In this document: piece by piece, positions 49,334 to 59,768 of the stretch | Layout: every line of letters begins with the position of its first letter | Numbering within the stretch: the stretch's first letter is position 1 | Source: an uncultured Planctomycetaceae bacterium | Lineage (GTDB): Bacteria > Planctomycetota > Planctomycetia > Planctomycetales > Planctomycetaceae | DNA: 64,000 nt | NCBI GenBank assembly: GCA_963976765.1 | Contig: CAXBME010000002.1 | Location: forward strand, 434,001 to 498,000 | Direction: 5' to 3' | The notes under the pieces: model-generated | The model's database searches: none | Told to the model about the DNA's origin: nothing | What the model saw: only the letters and a program-made list of their open reading frames with translations | Made by a program: the position numbers and the translations under genes

Positions 49334-51255
49334 GACCGAACATGCTTTGCTCGAAAACTCATGACTTCGGTACAGGATCGACTTCGATCGGCAGATCGAT
49401 CCGAATTGCCGTCGCGGTGTTTGCGCTGGTGGCGGGCAGTCTGGTTCAGTGGTCCATCGGACAATCGCCGGCTGGACAGTCTGATGAGCCGGCGGGCTCG
49501 AACGAGCTTGACAACGAAATCGTTGAACCGGAACTGCTGTGGCGTCACGATCCCAGGCTTCGCATGCCGGCAAGGATTCGCCGAGTTCCAGCTTCGTTTC
49601 TTCAGTTGTGGATTGAAGCGCTGGCTGGCCCCGAGTTTGAACTTCGCCGCGACGTTGCCATGAACATCACGCGAGCCCACAGCAAGGGGTACCTTGACTG
49701 CTCGACCGCTGCCGGCGCGCTGGCCAGCGCTCTGAACGACACTTCCTCACCGCGATCGGTCTTTGTCGAGATCGCGCGAGCATTGATCGCGCTGGACGCA
49801 CGAAGCAGTTCGGCGATGTTTAAGGAACTGCTGAACGCAGAATGGGGCATGCAGTTTGAAATGATCGCCGAGCCCTCTCTTGCCCGTTGGGGTGACACCG
49901 ACATGCTTCTGGTATGGAAGCAACGATTGACGGCTGCCGGCGTCCCTCGATATCGCCGATTGCTGGCCATCCAATCGATTGGAAATCTTCCGCGGGCGAT
50001 GACGGTCGACGAGAGTCTCCGCGCGGAACTTGCGTCGCTCGTTTCAAACGGTCGCGATAACGGGATCAAGCTGGAAGCTGCACGGACACTTGGCCAGGTC
50101 CAGCAATCAGGACTCGAACTGTTCGGCGAACAACTCATTTTTCCGACAGGTACTGCCAGTCAGACTGAAGTTCTCGCAGGCATTTACCTGTTGCTCCACC
50201 ACGAAAGCACGTTAAGAGAGAAGCTGTTCCTTCGAACGCTCACCGCATCCCTGGATGACCTGCGAAAAGCTCCGATCGTTCGCCTGGTGTGGCACAGACT
50301 GCTGGAACGGAACGTTGCGGAGCTTTCGGCGTTTGTCCCAAAGGGCATCGTTCATTCTGATCCTGAAGTGCGACGAGTAGCCATCGCCACGCTGGTTCGA
50401 TTTCCGTCGGAACAGCAGCTCGTCCTGCTGGAGAACACTCTGGACGATGAACATCCTGAAATCCGGCGAGCAGCACGTCACGCCTTATTGACGCTCAGCG
50501 AGGACGACTCGCTCAAGCCTGCGGTCATTGAAGCCGGGCTGGCTGCCATCGCTCGATCGTCGTGGCGCGAGCAGGAGCAGGCGATTGTTCTGCTGGCAAT
50601 GCTCGATCAGTCACAGGCGGCGGATCGGATGCTGGAACTGATCAATTCGTCTCGACCAGAAGTTGCCATCGCCGCCGCGTGGGGGCTTCGCAAGCTGAAC
50701 GTTGCCGGGAAGCTTGAGCACCTGCTCGCCATCGTCGAGCCAATGGACAGGCAAATCAGCGATGGAGAGGAATTACGTCCAGACCAATTGGTCGTACTGG
50801 CTCACGTGTTCGAAGCGCTTGGCCGTGGGAAATACAAACCGGCGATCCCGTTGTTGAAACGCTGGATCCCCAAAGCCGCCCCTCGAGTCAACTTTGACGT
50901 TCCTCGCAGTTCGGCTATCTGGGCGCTGGGCTGGCTCTTCAACGACAGCAGGGACGCGACATTGGCCCGGCAACTGAAGGATCGTTTTGTGGATGTCCTT
51001 TCGCCGATTCCGGAAACCGGGCCGGCGCGATTTGCCGCAGGGATCGCTCTTGGCAGAATCGGCGTTGTCAAATTTGCCCCCGATCTGAAAGCATTTGCAG
51101 AACGCGGCAACGACGAGTCTGATCTGGCGGCGGCCTGGGCGGTTGAATGTCTGACCGGCGAAATGTTCCCGCCCCCGAAACCCGAAATTGACGAAGGCGG
51201 TCCCTGGAGCGTTGTCCCGCTTGGGTCGCGATTGAAGCTTCAACCGACTGACTAA
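49330..51255 (+). CDS. HEAT-repeat protein with an N-terminal membrane or signal segment
   Basis: ATGA overlap; HSDPEVRRVA, DEHPEIRRAA, PEVAIAAAWGL. Confidence 0.8.
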   Translation: MRPNMLCSKTHDFGTGSTSIGRSIRIAVAVFALVAGSLVQWSIGQSPAGQSDEPAGSNELDNEIVEPELLWRHDPRLRMPARIRRVPASFLQLWIEALAGPEFELRRDVAMNITRAHSKGYLDCSTAAGALASALNDTSSPRSVFVEIARALIALDARSSSAMFKELLNAEWGMQFEMIAEPSLARWGDTDMLLVWKQRLTAAGVPRYRRLLAIQSIGNLPRAMTVDESLRAELASLVSNGRDNGIKLEAARTLGQVQQSGLELFGEQLIFPTGTASQTEVLAGIYLLLHHESTLREKLFLRTLTASLDDLRKAPIVRLVWHRLLERNVAELSAFVPKGIVHSDPEVRRVAIATLVRFPSEQQLVLLENTLDDEHPEIRRAARHALLTLSEDDSLKPAVIEAGLAAIARSSWREQEQAIVLLAMLDQSQAADRMLELINSSRPEVAIAAAWGLRKLNVAGKLEHLLAIVEPMDRQISDGEELRPDQLVVLAHVFEALGRGKYKPAIPLLKRWIPKAAPRVNFDVPRSSAIWALGWLFNDSRDATLARQLKDRFVDVLSPIPETGPARFAAGIALGRIGVVKFAPDLKAFAERGNDESDLAAAWAVECLTGEMFPPPKPEIDEGGPWSVVPLGSRLKLQPTD

Positions 51256-51463
51256 TTCAGCGAACTGAAAAACGATCACGACCACAAAGGTGTCGACTTT
51301 TGACCAAAGAGACAACAGACAAACCGTGTCGGTGGGGCGCAAAATCTTTCTCGCGTTTATGGTTGGCAATTCGAACGACGAGCAGAGACGCTATCTTCGA
51401 CACACTCCTCAACTAACATCCGCCATCACTGCTTAACCTCGATTTCTGAACGACCTGAGAACA

Positions 51464-53254
51464 ATGTCCTCACTCCCCGGTTATCACGGTCGCTGTTTGA
51501 AAGTTGACCTGTCGAACCGGTCGAGCGAGGTCATCGAGATTCCCAACAGCGTCCTGAAGGAATTTGTTGGCGGCTCAGGCCTGGGCACATGGCTGCTGCT
51601 GGAACATTGTCCTGACGGTGTCGAACCACTGGCTCCCGAGTCTCCGCTGATCTTTGCATTCAGCCCGCTGGTGGGCAGTCCGTTGACGACGTCGGCGAAG
51701 TTTGTCGTCCTGTCAAAGTCTCCGCTGACGCAGCGGATTAACGATTCGTTATCGTCGTCAGGCTTTGCCATCGCGGGTAAGAAGTGCGGTTACGATGCGA
51801 TCGTGATCGTCGGAGCGACGGCATCACCGACATGCGTCGTCGTTCAGAATTCAACGATCAGCTTTGAACCCGCCGACGATGTATGGGGTGCGTCCAGCCG
51901 CCAGTCTGAAGAGATTCTTGGAGAGCGACTCGGAAAGGGATTCCGCATCGCGGCGATCGGTCCAGCCGGTGAAAATCTGGTTCGCTACGCGACGGTTTCA
52001 CATGATGGTCGTCATGCTGGCCGAGGCGGACTCGGAGCTGTGATGGGTTCAAAAATGCTGAAGGCGCTTGCCGTGCAGGGCACTCAGCAGACAACATTCG
52101 CTCATCCCGAAGAGTTGATTACATTCAGTCGTGAGCTTTCGAAAAAGTCATTCGGGCCAGCCACCGAGAAATATCGCGAGCTGGGCACGGTCAGCAATCT
52201 GCTGACGTTTAATCGTCTCGGCACGCTGCCGACCCGCAATTTTCAATCAGGATCTTTTGAAAACGCCGAGCTGCTTTCGCCAGAAGTCATGAGTCAGACT
52301 CACGAGCGTACTCGAGCATCCTGCGCGGCGTGCACCATCGGCTGCGAACACATCTTTCACTCGACCGACCGAACCGGCAGCGGCGAGTCGACGGGTGTCC
52401 GAATGGAATACGAAAACCTCTTCGCGCTGGGTCCGTTGTGTGGGGTTTCTGATTCGAACGTCGTTCTCGAAGCATCGCAACTCTGCGACGAACTCGGCCT
52501 GGACACGATCAGCGCGGGAGGCTCCATTGCCTTCGCAATGGAATGCGTTGAACACGGCTTACTCGATGAGCCGGATTTGCGATTTGGAAACGGTGAGGCG
52601 TTGCTCGCCACGCTGAGAAAGATTGGCTCTCGGGAGGGGGTCGGCGATCTGCTCGCTGAGGGAACCCGCATCGCCTCTCAGAGAATCGGTCAAGGTTCGT
52701 CCACGTTTGCGGCACATGTTAAGGGGCTGGAACTTCCTGGTTACGAACCGAGAGTCCTCCAGACAATGGCGCTCGGGTTTGCAGTCGGGTCGCGAGGAGC
52801 CGACCACAATCGATCGGGTGCCTATCAGGTCGACTTTTCTGACCAGGTCGACCGGCTGAACGTCGACGAGTCCGCCGTGCCGCTGGCCATCGAAACGGAA
52901 GACGAAGCCGCGCTGATGGATTCGCTGATCCTGTGCAAGTTTCTGCGAGGAGTTTTTGAAGACCGTTTCGCCGCAATGGCCGAAATGCTGAGACTGGTCA
53001 CCGGCGTTGAACACTCAGTCAATGGCCTTCGCGAGACAGCAAGTCGAATCGTGACGGCGAAGAAACTCTTCAATATCCGCCAGGGCTGGACTCCGGAAGA
53101 AGATTGTCTCCCGGCACGGTTCATGAACGATTTGCTCCCTAACGAAGCAACTGGCCCATCCGTGCTGAGCCGCGACAAACTCTCGGCACTCATCATCGCC
53201 TACAACCAGGCCAGAGGCTGGACCCCCGAGGGATGGATCGCCTCATCCGACTGA
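51464..53254 (+). CDS. Aldehyde:ferredoxin oxidoreductase family protein (W/Mo-pterin)
   Basis: KSPLT, IGPAGEN, GRGGLGAVMGSK.LKA, CAACTIGC, EYE, CDELGLDTIS, RGADH, DSLILCKF. Confidence 0.92.
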   Translation: MSSLPGYHGRCLKVDLSNRSSEVIEIPNSVLKEFVGGSGLGTWLLLEHCPDGVEPLAPESPLIFAFSPLVGSPLTTSAKFVVLSKSPLTQRINDSLSSSGFAIAGKKCGYDAIVIVGATASPTCVVVQNSTISFEPADDVWGASSRQSEEILGERLGKGFRIAAIGPAGENLVRYATVSHDGRHAGRGGLGAVMGSKMLKALAVQGTQQTTFAHPEELITFSRELSKKSFGPATEKYRELGTVSNLLTFNRLGTLPTRNFQSGSFENAELLSPEVMSQTHERTRASCAACTIGCEHIFHSTDRTGSGESTGVRMEYENLFALGPLCGVSDSNVVLEASQLCDELGLDTISAGGSIAFAMECVEHGLLDEPDLRFGNGEALLATLRKIGSREGVGDLLAEGTRIASQRIGQGSSTFAAHVKGLELPGYEPRVLQTMALGFAVGSRGADHNRSGAYQVDFSDQVDRLNVDESAVPLAIETEDEAALMDSLILCKFLRGVFEDRFAAMAEMLRLVTGVEHSVNGLRETASRIVTAKKLFNIRQGWTPEEDCLPARFMNDLLPNEATGPSVLSRDKLSALIIAYNQARGWTPEGWIASSD

Positions 53255-53283
53255 CTTGCTTCGACTCGCTCGGAACACCAAAC

Positions 53284-53320
53284 AAAAAAGGACGCGAAGA
53301 CGACTAACGTCTTCGCATCC
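53284..53320 (-). terminator. Intrinsic terminator, minus strand and possibly bidirectional
   Basis: Minus strand reads ggatgcgaagacg-ttagt-cgtcttcgcgtcc-tttttt. Confidence 0.8.
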
Positions 53321-53377
53321 CTGTTGTAAGACTGCGACCTCTGTGCCGAAAAGTTGACACAGGAGTCATGAACGTCG

Positions 53378-54061
53378 TTACTTCAGCACTTTGATCCTGA
53401 TGTTTTTCCAGGCGACATCGTACGGACCCGTTCCCGCTTTGATGCTGTGAACCTGCAAGCCGATGAAACCTTTCGGGTGAGTCTGGTAGATCTCTTTGTC
53501 GGTCAAATCAGCGACTGCTTCGCCGTTGATCCACGTCTGAATGTGAGGCCCTTTGGCGACGATGCGGAACTTGTTCCACTCGCCGTCTTTCATTTTCTTG
53601 TGAGGCTTCAGATCCTCCTCGCTCGTCAACCAGCCGCGTCCGGTCGCTTCGCCATAGATGTAACCCGCTTCTGCTCCGTTGGCACCGCTGGCTTCGATCT
53701 CGCACTGCGGGCCGTAAACGCGACCAAACTTCTCGTTCTTCTTTTCGCTATCGGTTTCTTTGGTTTTTGAGCGAATCTGGCAACCCGAGTTCAGGCTGTC
53801 GTGAACTTTGACTTCAAACTCCAGTTCGAAGTCGCCGTACTCCTGGTTCGAACACAGAAACGAGTTCGGGCTGCCTTCGTTGGTCGTGCCGTGGATGGTG
53901 CCGTCAACAACTTCGTACTTTGCGGTGCCATTCTTCTGAGTCCAGCCCTTCAGCGTCTTCCCGTCGAAGAGCGACTTCCAGCCGTCGCCATCAGCAGCCG
54001 AGACAGCAGTCAGAGTCGTTGCGGAGATCGCCAGCGCGACCAGAAAAGTCAGTCGTTTCAT
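53378..54061 (-). CDS. DUF1080 (3-keto-disaccharide hydrolase-like) exported protein
   Basis: Signal peptide MKRLTFLVAL; WKSLFDGKTLKGW, YGDFELEFE, NSG.QIRS, GFIGLQVH, WKNIRIK. Confidence 0.9.
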   Translation of the reverse strand: MKRLTFLVALAISATTLTAVSAADGDGWKSLFDGKTLKGWTQKNGTAKYEVVDGTIHGTTNEGSPNSFLCSNQEYGDFELEFEVKVHDSLNSGCQIRSKTKETDSEKKNEKFGRVYGPQCEIEASGANGAEAGYIYGEATGRGWLTSEEDLKPHKKMKDGEWNKFRIVAKGPHIQTWINGEAVADLTDKEIYQTHPKGFIGLQVHSIKAGTGPYDVAWKNIRIKVLK

Positions 54062-54493
54062 TGTGGATTCCTCTTGGGGTAATTTGAAAATCGTCACGTT
54101 CATCTTCGTCAGGCGATGTCGCAGACAGTTGCCCGACCATAAGTTCAATCTGCGTCACAGTAGTGGCCGGAATTCAAGTCGTCGAGCGGACCGGGTGTGT
54201 TTCAGAGCCTGAAGGACTTGCCAGAATCCATCTTGCACTGATTTTCCGTATCAGCGAAGGTTCGCCCGCGATTCGAAACGGGCATGAATGCCCAGTCGTT
54301 TTCGTATCGACATCATGGTGAATCGAGCGCTTCCGTCTCCACATTTCCAACAGACCTGCGGCAGAAAGAGTTGCCGGTTTCTGCCTCCGGTCAATCCTGC
54401 CAATTCACTCCACGCGTCCTGCGTGATTTGCGGGCCATCTCCTCGGCTCCACTTTGAATCCCCTCACATCTGCATTGGAAGTCGATCAACGGA

Positions 54494-55744
54494 ATGATCG
54501 GACTACTTCTTACCACTACCGGCCTGAGTGCCGCTTTGACTCTTGCTGCGCGCTATGCCGGAAATCGTGCTGGCCTGCTTGACATCCCCGACGATGGACG
54601 AAAGCAGCACGCGATTCCAGTACCTGCGCTGGGCGGGATCGCTGTGTTTGCCGCCTTCGCGATCGTATTCGCCTTCCGATACGCGTCAAATGCCGAGTTT
54701 GCGAACTCACTTCCCGATTTCACCACGGCCCTGCTGGCCACGGCGTTCGGTGTATGGATTCTCGGCATTGTCGACGACATCTGGCCGGTTCGTGCAAAAA
54801 CCAAGCTTGCCTTTCAGATCATCGCCGCTGTCACTTATGTGCTGACCGTTCAGCCGATTGAATCGCTGCACATTGCGGACGGATTTGAAGTCACTTCCGA
54901 TATGGCTGTTGGAGCTTTCTGTGTCTTCTGGCTGGTCGCCTGTTGCAACGCCGTCAACCTGCTGGACGGTATGGACGGTATGGCTTCGCTTCAGGGGATT
55001 CTTGGTTTTGCGACGCTGGCCGCCATTTCAACGTTACACGGAGACAGCGCGACGGCCACTGTCTGCCTGCTTCTGGTGGCCAGTGTTTTCGGATTTGCAA
55101 TCTTCAACGCTCCCCCAGCTTCCATTTTTCTCGGCGACGCAGGCAGCATGACGATCGGTTATCTGCTGGGAGCATTGACCCTCAGCACGTGCCATATGAC
55201 AAATGGCCGATACGGACTCGGCGTCCCGCTGGCTGTTATGGTAATTCCAGCCTTTGACACGACGATGGCCATTATCCGGCGAGCCCAGAAGGGCAAGGGG
55301 ATCATGGCTCCGGACCGCGAGCATTTTCATCATCGCCTGTTCGATGCTGGCCGCTCGGTCTGGAAGGTGCTGGGTGTCTTCGCATTGATGTACGGTCTGT
55401 GCGCGGTTGCGGCTGTCGCGGGAGTCTGGACCAGCAGTGGCATGATCGCATCAGTCGCGTGCGTGGCCGTGCTGACAACGTGCGTAGGGACTCGAACCTT
55501 CGGACATCACGAGCTGGTCTTTCTGACTGAACGACTCACGTCAAAAATCGCCACACTGGATCCAACCGGATCGCTGTCCGTGCTGGTTCGCAAGTCAACT
55601 GACACTGAGGGATCCGAGTTGAAATTTGACTCGAAAAACAGTTCCCCGGCGGTAATCTCCATCTCGTCCGCCCGAGCCGACGTTGACAGCAATTCGGTCC
55701 AGCAATCGTCCGACGAGGACGTCGACACTCGCCGGGCTGCGTAA
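54494..55744 (+). CDS. Polyprenyl-phosphate HexNAc-1-P transferase (WecA/TagO-like, MraY superfamily)
   Basis: GIVDD, NAVNLLDGMDG, FNAPPASIFLGDAGS, PDREHFHHRL; many TM segments. Confidence 0.9.
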   Translation: MIGLLLTTTGLSAALTLAARYAGNRAGLLDIPDDGRKQHAIPVPALGGIAVFAAFAIVFAFRYASNAEFANSLPDFTTALLATAFGVWILGIVDDIWPVRAKTKLAFQIIAAVTYVLTVQPIESLHIADGFEVTSDMAVGAFCVFWLVACCNAVNLLDGMDGMASLQGILGFATLAAISTLHGDSATATVCLLLVASVFGFAIFNAPPASIFLGDAGSMTIGYLLGALTLSTCHMTNGRYGLGVPLAVMVIPAFDTTMAIIRRAQKGKGIMAPDREHFHHRLFDAGRSVWKVLGVFALMYGLCAVAAVAGVWTSSGMIASVACVAVLTTCVGTRTFGHHELVFLTERLTSKIATLDPTGSLSVLVRKSTDTEGSELKFDSKNSSPAVISISSARADVDSNSVQQSSDEDVDTRRAA

Positions 55745-56036
55745 TCCGACCCCCTGTCTGAACTTTTCAACGAGACTGGTCGACTTTCACAATCCAGCAA
55801 TCATCACTCGACACGCCCTGCGTTCAGCAGGCGGATTTGAGTCGATGGCACCCGGCAAGACCAACCACCTGCGACTCGATTGAATTTGAATCGCCAGGCG
55901 GTAGCATCATCTGTTTGCCCCCGACGCTTCGGGGGTATTTTTCGTTTCTGGAGGCCGGTTTCTGCAGGATGCTTGCTCGGCCTGTTTACCGGCTCGGCTG
56001 TGGAAATGCCTGCAGCGGCAGCGAAAGATCCCAACT

Positions 56037-57659
56037 ATGACGGCTACTTCTCAGCCTGTTTCTACCGATTCCGCTCCTTCAGCAGCGTCGGCAACTGCCG
56101 GAATCGGCGTTGATCTGTCTTCGGAAGATCAGATTCTCGTCCTGGATTTCGGCGGCCAGACGGCTCAGCTGATCACTCGCCGCGTTCGCGAAGAGAACGT
56201 TTTCTGCCAGTTGGTGCGGCACAATCTTTCCGTCGAACGGATCCGCGAAATTAATCCGAAGGGCATCATCCTGTCGGGCGGTCCAGACAGCGTTTACGGC
56301 GAAGGTGCCCCTCAGCCAGACCCGGAGATCTTTGACCTCGGTATTCCCGTGCTCGGGATCTGCTACGGCATGCAACTGGCCTGCCGATCGCAGGGCAGCC
56401 AGGTCAAGCCGGGAGTGTCGCGTGAGTTCGGTCTCGCCGTCTGCAAGGCGAAGGGCGACAACCCACTGTTCCGGGATATCCCCGCCGAATCCCGCGTCTG
56501 GATGAGCCACGGCGACCAGGTCGAAAACCTCAGTGAATCGTTCAACTCGATCGCGACGACTGAAACCTGCCCGCACGCCGCCGTCCAGCACAAATCAAAA
56601 GCGATCTACGGCCTGCAGTTTCATCCCGAAGTCACCCACACGGAACTCGGCAGCCAGCTGTTGAGAAACTTTGTGCGAGGTATCTGTGGTTGCGAAGGGA
56701 CATGGAAAATCGAATCGCTGATCGACCGCGAAGCTGTCGCGATTCGCGAGCGAGTCGGCAACGGACGTGTGATCTGCGGACTCTCTGGCGGAGTCGATTC
56801 TTCCGTCGTCGCCGCACTTCTCTACAAAGCGATCGGCGATCAGCTCTCCTGCATTTTTGTCGACAATGGCCTGCTGCGAAAAGGTGAAGCCGACCAGGTG
56901 CGCGAGCACTTCGGCGAACACTTCAAGACCGACCTGCACGTTGCTGACGCTCGTAAGCTGTTCCTCGATGGTCTGGCCGGCGTGGTCGATCCTCAGAAAA
57001 AACGGAAGATCATCGGCAAGCTGTTCATCGACGTTTTCAAACAGGAAGCGTTGGCGATTCCGGATTCGAGATTCCTGGCTCAGGGGACACTTTATCCCGA
57101 CGTGATCGAATCCGGAGCCAGCCCGGACGGACCGGCCGCCACGATCAAAGCTCATCACAACGTTGGCGGTTTGCCGGAAGAACTCGGCTTCGAACTGATC
57201 GAACCACTGCGAGACTTTTTCAAAGACGAAGTCCGGCAGATGGGTGTTGCTCTGGGGCTGCCCGAACATCTCGTCTGGCGACATCCATTCCCCGGTCCTG
57301 GTCTAGCCGTTCGCTGCCTGGGAGAAGTCACTGAAGAACGACTCACCATTCTGCGAGAAGCCGACGCGATCGTCATCGAAGAACTGTATCGAGCGAACCT
57401 GTACCGCGAGATCAGCCAGGCTTTCGCCGCTCTGCTGCCGATTCAGTCGGTCGGCGTGATGGGCGATGCTCGAACGTACGAAAGCACGATTGTCGTTCGA
57501 GCCGTCACCACCACCGACTTCATGACCGCCGACTGGTTCCGCATGCCTCACGACGTGCTGCAAAGAATCTCGACGCGAATCACCAATTCAGTTCGCGGCA
57601 TCAACCGGGTCGTTTACGACTGCAGTTCCAAACCGCCCAGCACGATCGAGTGGGAATAG
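56037..57659 (+). CDS. guaA: GMP synthase (glutamine-hydrolysing)
   Basis: [48 protein letters not shown]. Confidence 0.98.
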   Translation: MTATSQPVSTDSAPSAASATAGIGVDLSSEDQILVLDFGGQTAQLITRRVREENVFCQLVRHNLSVERIREINPKGIILSGGPDSVYGEGAPQPDPEIFDLGIPVLGICYGMQLACRSQGSQVKPGVSREFGLAVCKAKGDNPLFRDIPAESRVWMSHGDQVENLSESFNSIATTETCPHAAVQHKSKAIYGLQFHPEVTHTELGSQLLRNFVRGICGCEGTWKIESLIDREAVAIRERVGNGRVICGLSGGVDSSVVAALLYKAIGDQLSCIFVDNGLLRKGEADQVREHFGEHFKTDLHVADARKLFLDGLAGVVDPQKKRKIIGKLFIDVFKQEALAIPDSRFLAQGTLYPDVIESGASPDGPAATIKAHHNVGGLPEELGFELIEPLRDFFKDEVRQMGVALGLPEHLVWRHPFPGPGLAVRCLGEVTEERLTILREADAIVIEELYRANLYREISQAFAALLPIQSVGVMGDARTYESTIVVRAVTTTDFMTADWFRMPHDVLQRISTRITNSVRGINRVVYDCSSKPPSTIEWE

Positions 57660-57761
57660 CCAATCAGTCGGCAAGCCTGACCGAGGCTGTCGACTGCTGC
57701 GCCGGCGCACCAACCCTTTAAACCTGACACACGTTTCACGCTAAAGACTTCGAGCAAACTC

Positions 57762-58868
57762 ATGAAAGCGATCGCCGTTAAACCGCCGCAGAAGAACAGC
57801 GTTCATCTGGTCGATATTCCGAAGCCGGAACTAAGCAGCGTGCCAAAAGGTCGCGGAGTGCTCGTCAAAGTTCTGCAGGTCGGAGTCGACGCGACCGACC
57901 GGGAAGTCAACGACGGACTGTATGGCAACGCACCGGACGGCGATGACTTTCTGGTCATCGGGCACGAAGTCTTCGGCCAGGTCGTCGAAGTCGGCGACGG
58001 AGTCCGAAAAGTAAAACCCGGAGACTACGTTGCCTGCACCGTTCGCCGTCCCGGCACATCGATCTACGACGACATTGGCCGCAACGATATCACCAGCGAA
58101 GAAGTTTACTTCGAACGCGGCATCAACCTGCGCCACGGATACCTGACCGAGTATTTCGTCGATGAAGAAGAGTTCTTCGTCCGAGTCCCCGCTGGCCTGA
58201 AACACATCGGCGTCCTCGCCGAACCGGCCAGTGTCGTGGCGAAGGGTCTCGAACAGGCGAACCTCGCTCAGCAGAGACTTCAGGTCTGGCAGCCGCGCAC
58301 AGCCTTCGTCATGGGCAGCGGCCAGATCGGACTGCTGGCCACAATGATGCTGTCGCTCCGCGGCTACGAAGTCTTCACTTTTGCCCGAGGTGCCGCTGAA
58401 GGAAATCTCAAAGCTGAAATCGCCGAAGCCTACGGCGCCCGCTATGTCAGCACGAAAGAGCAGACTCCGCAGGAATTGATCGCCGAGATCGGTAAGAAGC
58501 CGGACATCATTTTCGAAGCCACCGGCAACAGTCGACTGGCCTTCCAGGCGATGGAGTTCCTCGGCCTGAACGGAGCGCTCATCTGGAGCAGCGTGACCGG
58601 CGGCGACAACATAGTCGATGTCCCGGCGGACAAGATCAACCTCGAATGGGTGCTCGGCAACAAGCTCCTGGTCGGGACCGTTAACGGAAACTGGAAGCAC
58701 TTCGAACAGGGCATCGCCGACCTCTCTCTCGGCGAGCAGATGTTCCCCGGCGTCACCGAGCGAATCCTGACCCACCCCGTCGACGGCCTAGACAACTACC
58801 AGCAAATGATGACCCTATTAGAGTCCGGCAAATGCCTGAAAGTCTTCGTCAACGTGGCGAGTGAATAG
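57762..58868 (+). CDS. Glucose 1-dehydrogenase-like zinc MDR (archaeal-type)
   Basis: [42 protein letters not shown]...GTVN. Confidence 0.85.
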   Translation: MKAIAVKPPQKNSVHLVDIPKPELSSVPKGRGVLVKVLQVGVDATDREVNDGLYGNAPDGDDFLVIGHEVFGQVVEVGDGVRKVKPGDYVACTVRRPGTSIYDDIGRNDITSEEVYFERGINLRHGYLTEYFVDEEEFFVRVPAGLKHIGVLAEPASVVAKGLEQANLAQQRLQVWQPRTAFVMGSGQIGLLATMMLSLRGYEVFTFARGAAEGNLKAEIAEAYGARYVSTKEQTPQELIAEIGKKPDIIFEATGNSRLAFQAMEFLGLNGALIWSSVTGGDNIVDVPADKINLEWVLGNKLLVGTVNGNWKHFEQGIADLSLGEQMFPGVTERILTHPVDGLDNYQQMMTLLESGKCLKVFVNVASE

Positions 58869-58971
58869 AACAGAACACTTTCACAGGATGCGTCACTTGC
58901 CGTGCCTTAACATCGTTCGATGCGTGTTCAGAATGTGGCTTGAGCTCAACCCTTTTCAGTGAGACGTCCTG

Positions 58972-59673
58972 ATGGCAATTCTTGCCACAAAAGCGACATT
59001 AAAGGCACATATCGCAATCGTCGCCTCGACACCCTTCAACTTTTTCTTTGCTGCTGCATGGATGCGGAGAACTCGGCTCTTGCTGTTAATCATCGTCGGA
59101 GGACTGCTCTGCATTAGTGGACTGATTGACATAAACTTGCCGCGTTGGGCTGATATCAAAAATGAAGTCACAATCTTTTCGGGAATAGTTGTCGTACTCT
59201 GGGTGCTTTCGGGAGTGCTGACGGCTGTCGACCATTTCAGATTTGGTGGCTGGATCGACGACGGTCCGACAGGTGCAGATCAGTTTGCCAGTTCGTATTG
59301 CCATGCAGTGATTGAAGGCAACGACGACATTGCCGCCGAAATGGTTGCCCCGTACCTCGCGAAAAACTTCACGGATTTCAGCGAGCGCCTTCAGGCAATT
59401 CGCCGCGAACTTGGCAACGCGAAAACCCAGGTCACTGCCGATGCCCTCGGTACGGTGGACCACGTGTTCTTTCGAGCGTTGCTGCCAAATCTACGGCAAC
59501 TGGAAGTTGCTCCGTCAGCTGTTGTCGCCTTCGTGCCTATTGTTTCAGATGTCGACGTCCCCGTCGGTTCCCCGATCAAGGTTATTCAACTATTGATTGC
59601 GGTACCTTTCGGGAAATTCGAGGTAATTGAAAGCAAAGTTGTTGAAACCACTCGACCTCAAATCCTGACATAG
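58972..59673 (+). CDS. Hypothetical membrane protein
   Basis: ORF fills the gap between genes; two TM helices. The start may be ATG 59062. Confidence 0.55.
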   Translation: MAILATKATLKAHIAIVASTPFNFFFAAAWMRRTRLLLLIIVGGLLCISGLIDINLPRWADIKNEVTIFSGIVVVLWVLSGVLTAVDHFRFGGWIDDGPTGADQFASSYCHAVIEGNDDIAAEMVAPYLAKNFTDFSERLQAIRRELGNAKTQVTADALGTVDHVFFRALLPNLRQLEVAPSAVVAFVPIVSDVDVPVGSPIKVIQLLIAVPFGKFEVIESKVVETTRPQILT

Positions 59674-59768
59674 TGAAGTAGGCTGAGAGATGGCCGATCA
59701 ACCGCTTAATCAGGTCAGTCAACTTACCTGAAAGCTCGTCTTGGAATTACTCCAAAAGGACAATCGCA

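Noticed and set aside
51256..51463. Possible Moco/tungsten-cofactor riboswitch upstream of the AOR gene
   Set aside because: No convincing multi-stem structure or recognisable conserved motif.
57640..57760. guaA 3' end as a genomic-island attachment site
   Set aside because: No integrase, no duplicated guaA end in the window, and the next gene has native-looking codon usage.
57831..58775. 314-aa antisense ORF over the glucose dehydrogenase gene (similar ones at 31138-32019, 36846-37748, 39499-40338 and 56595-57284)
   Set aside because: These are shadow ORFs expected from biased codon usage in GC-rich genes, and they carry no recognisable motifs.
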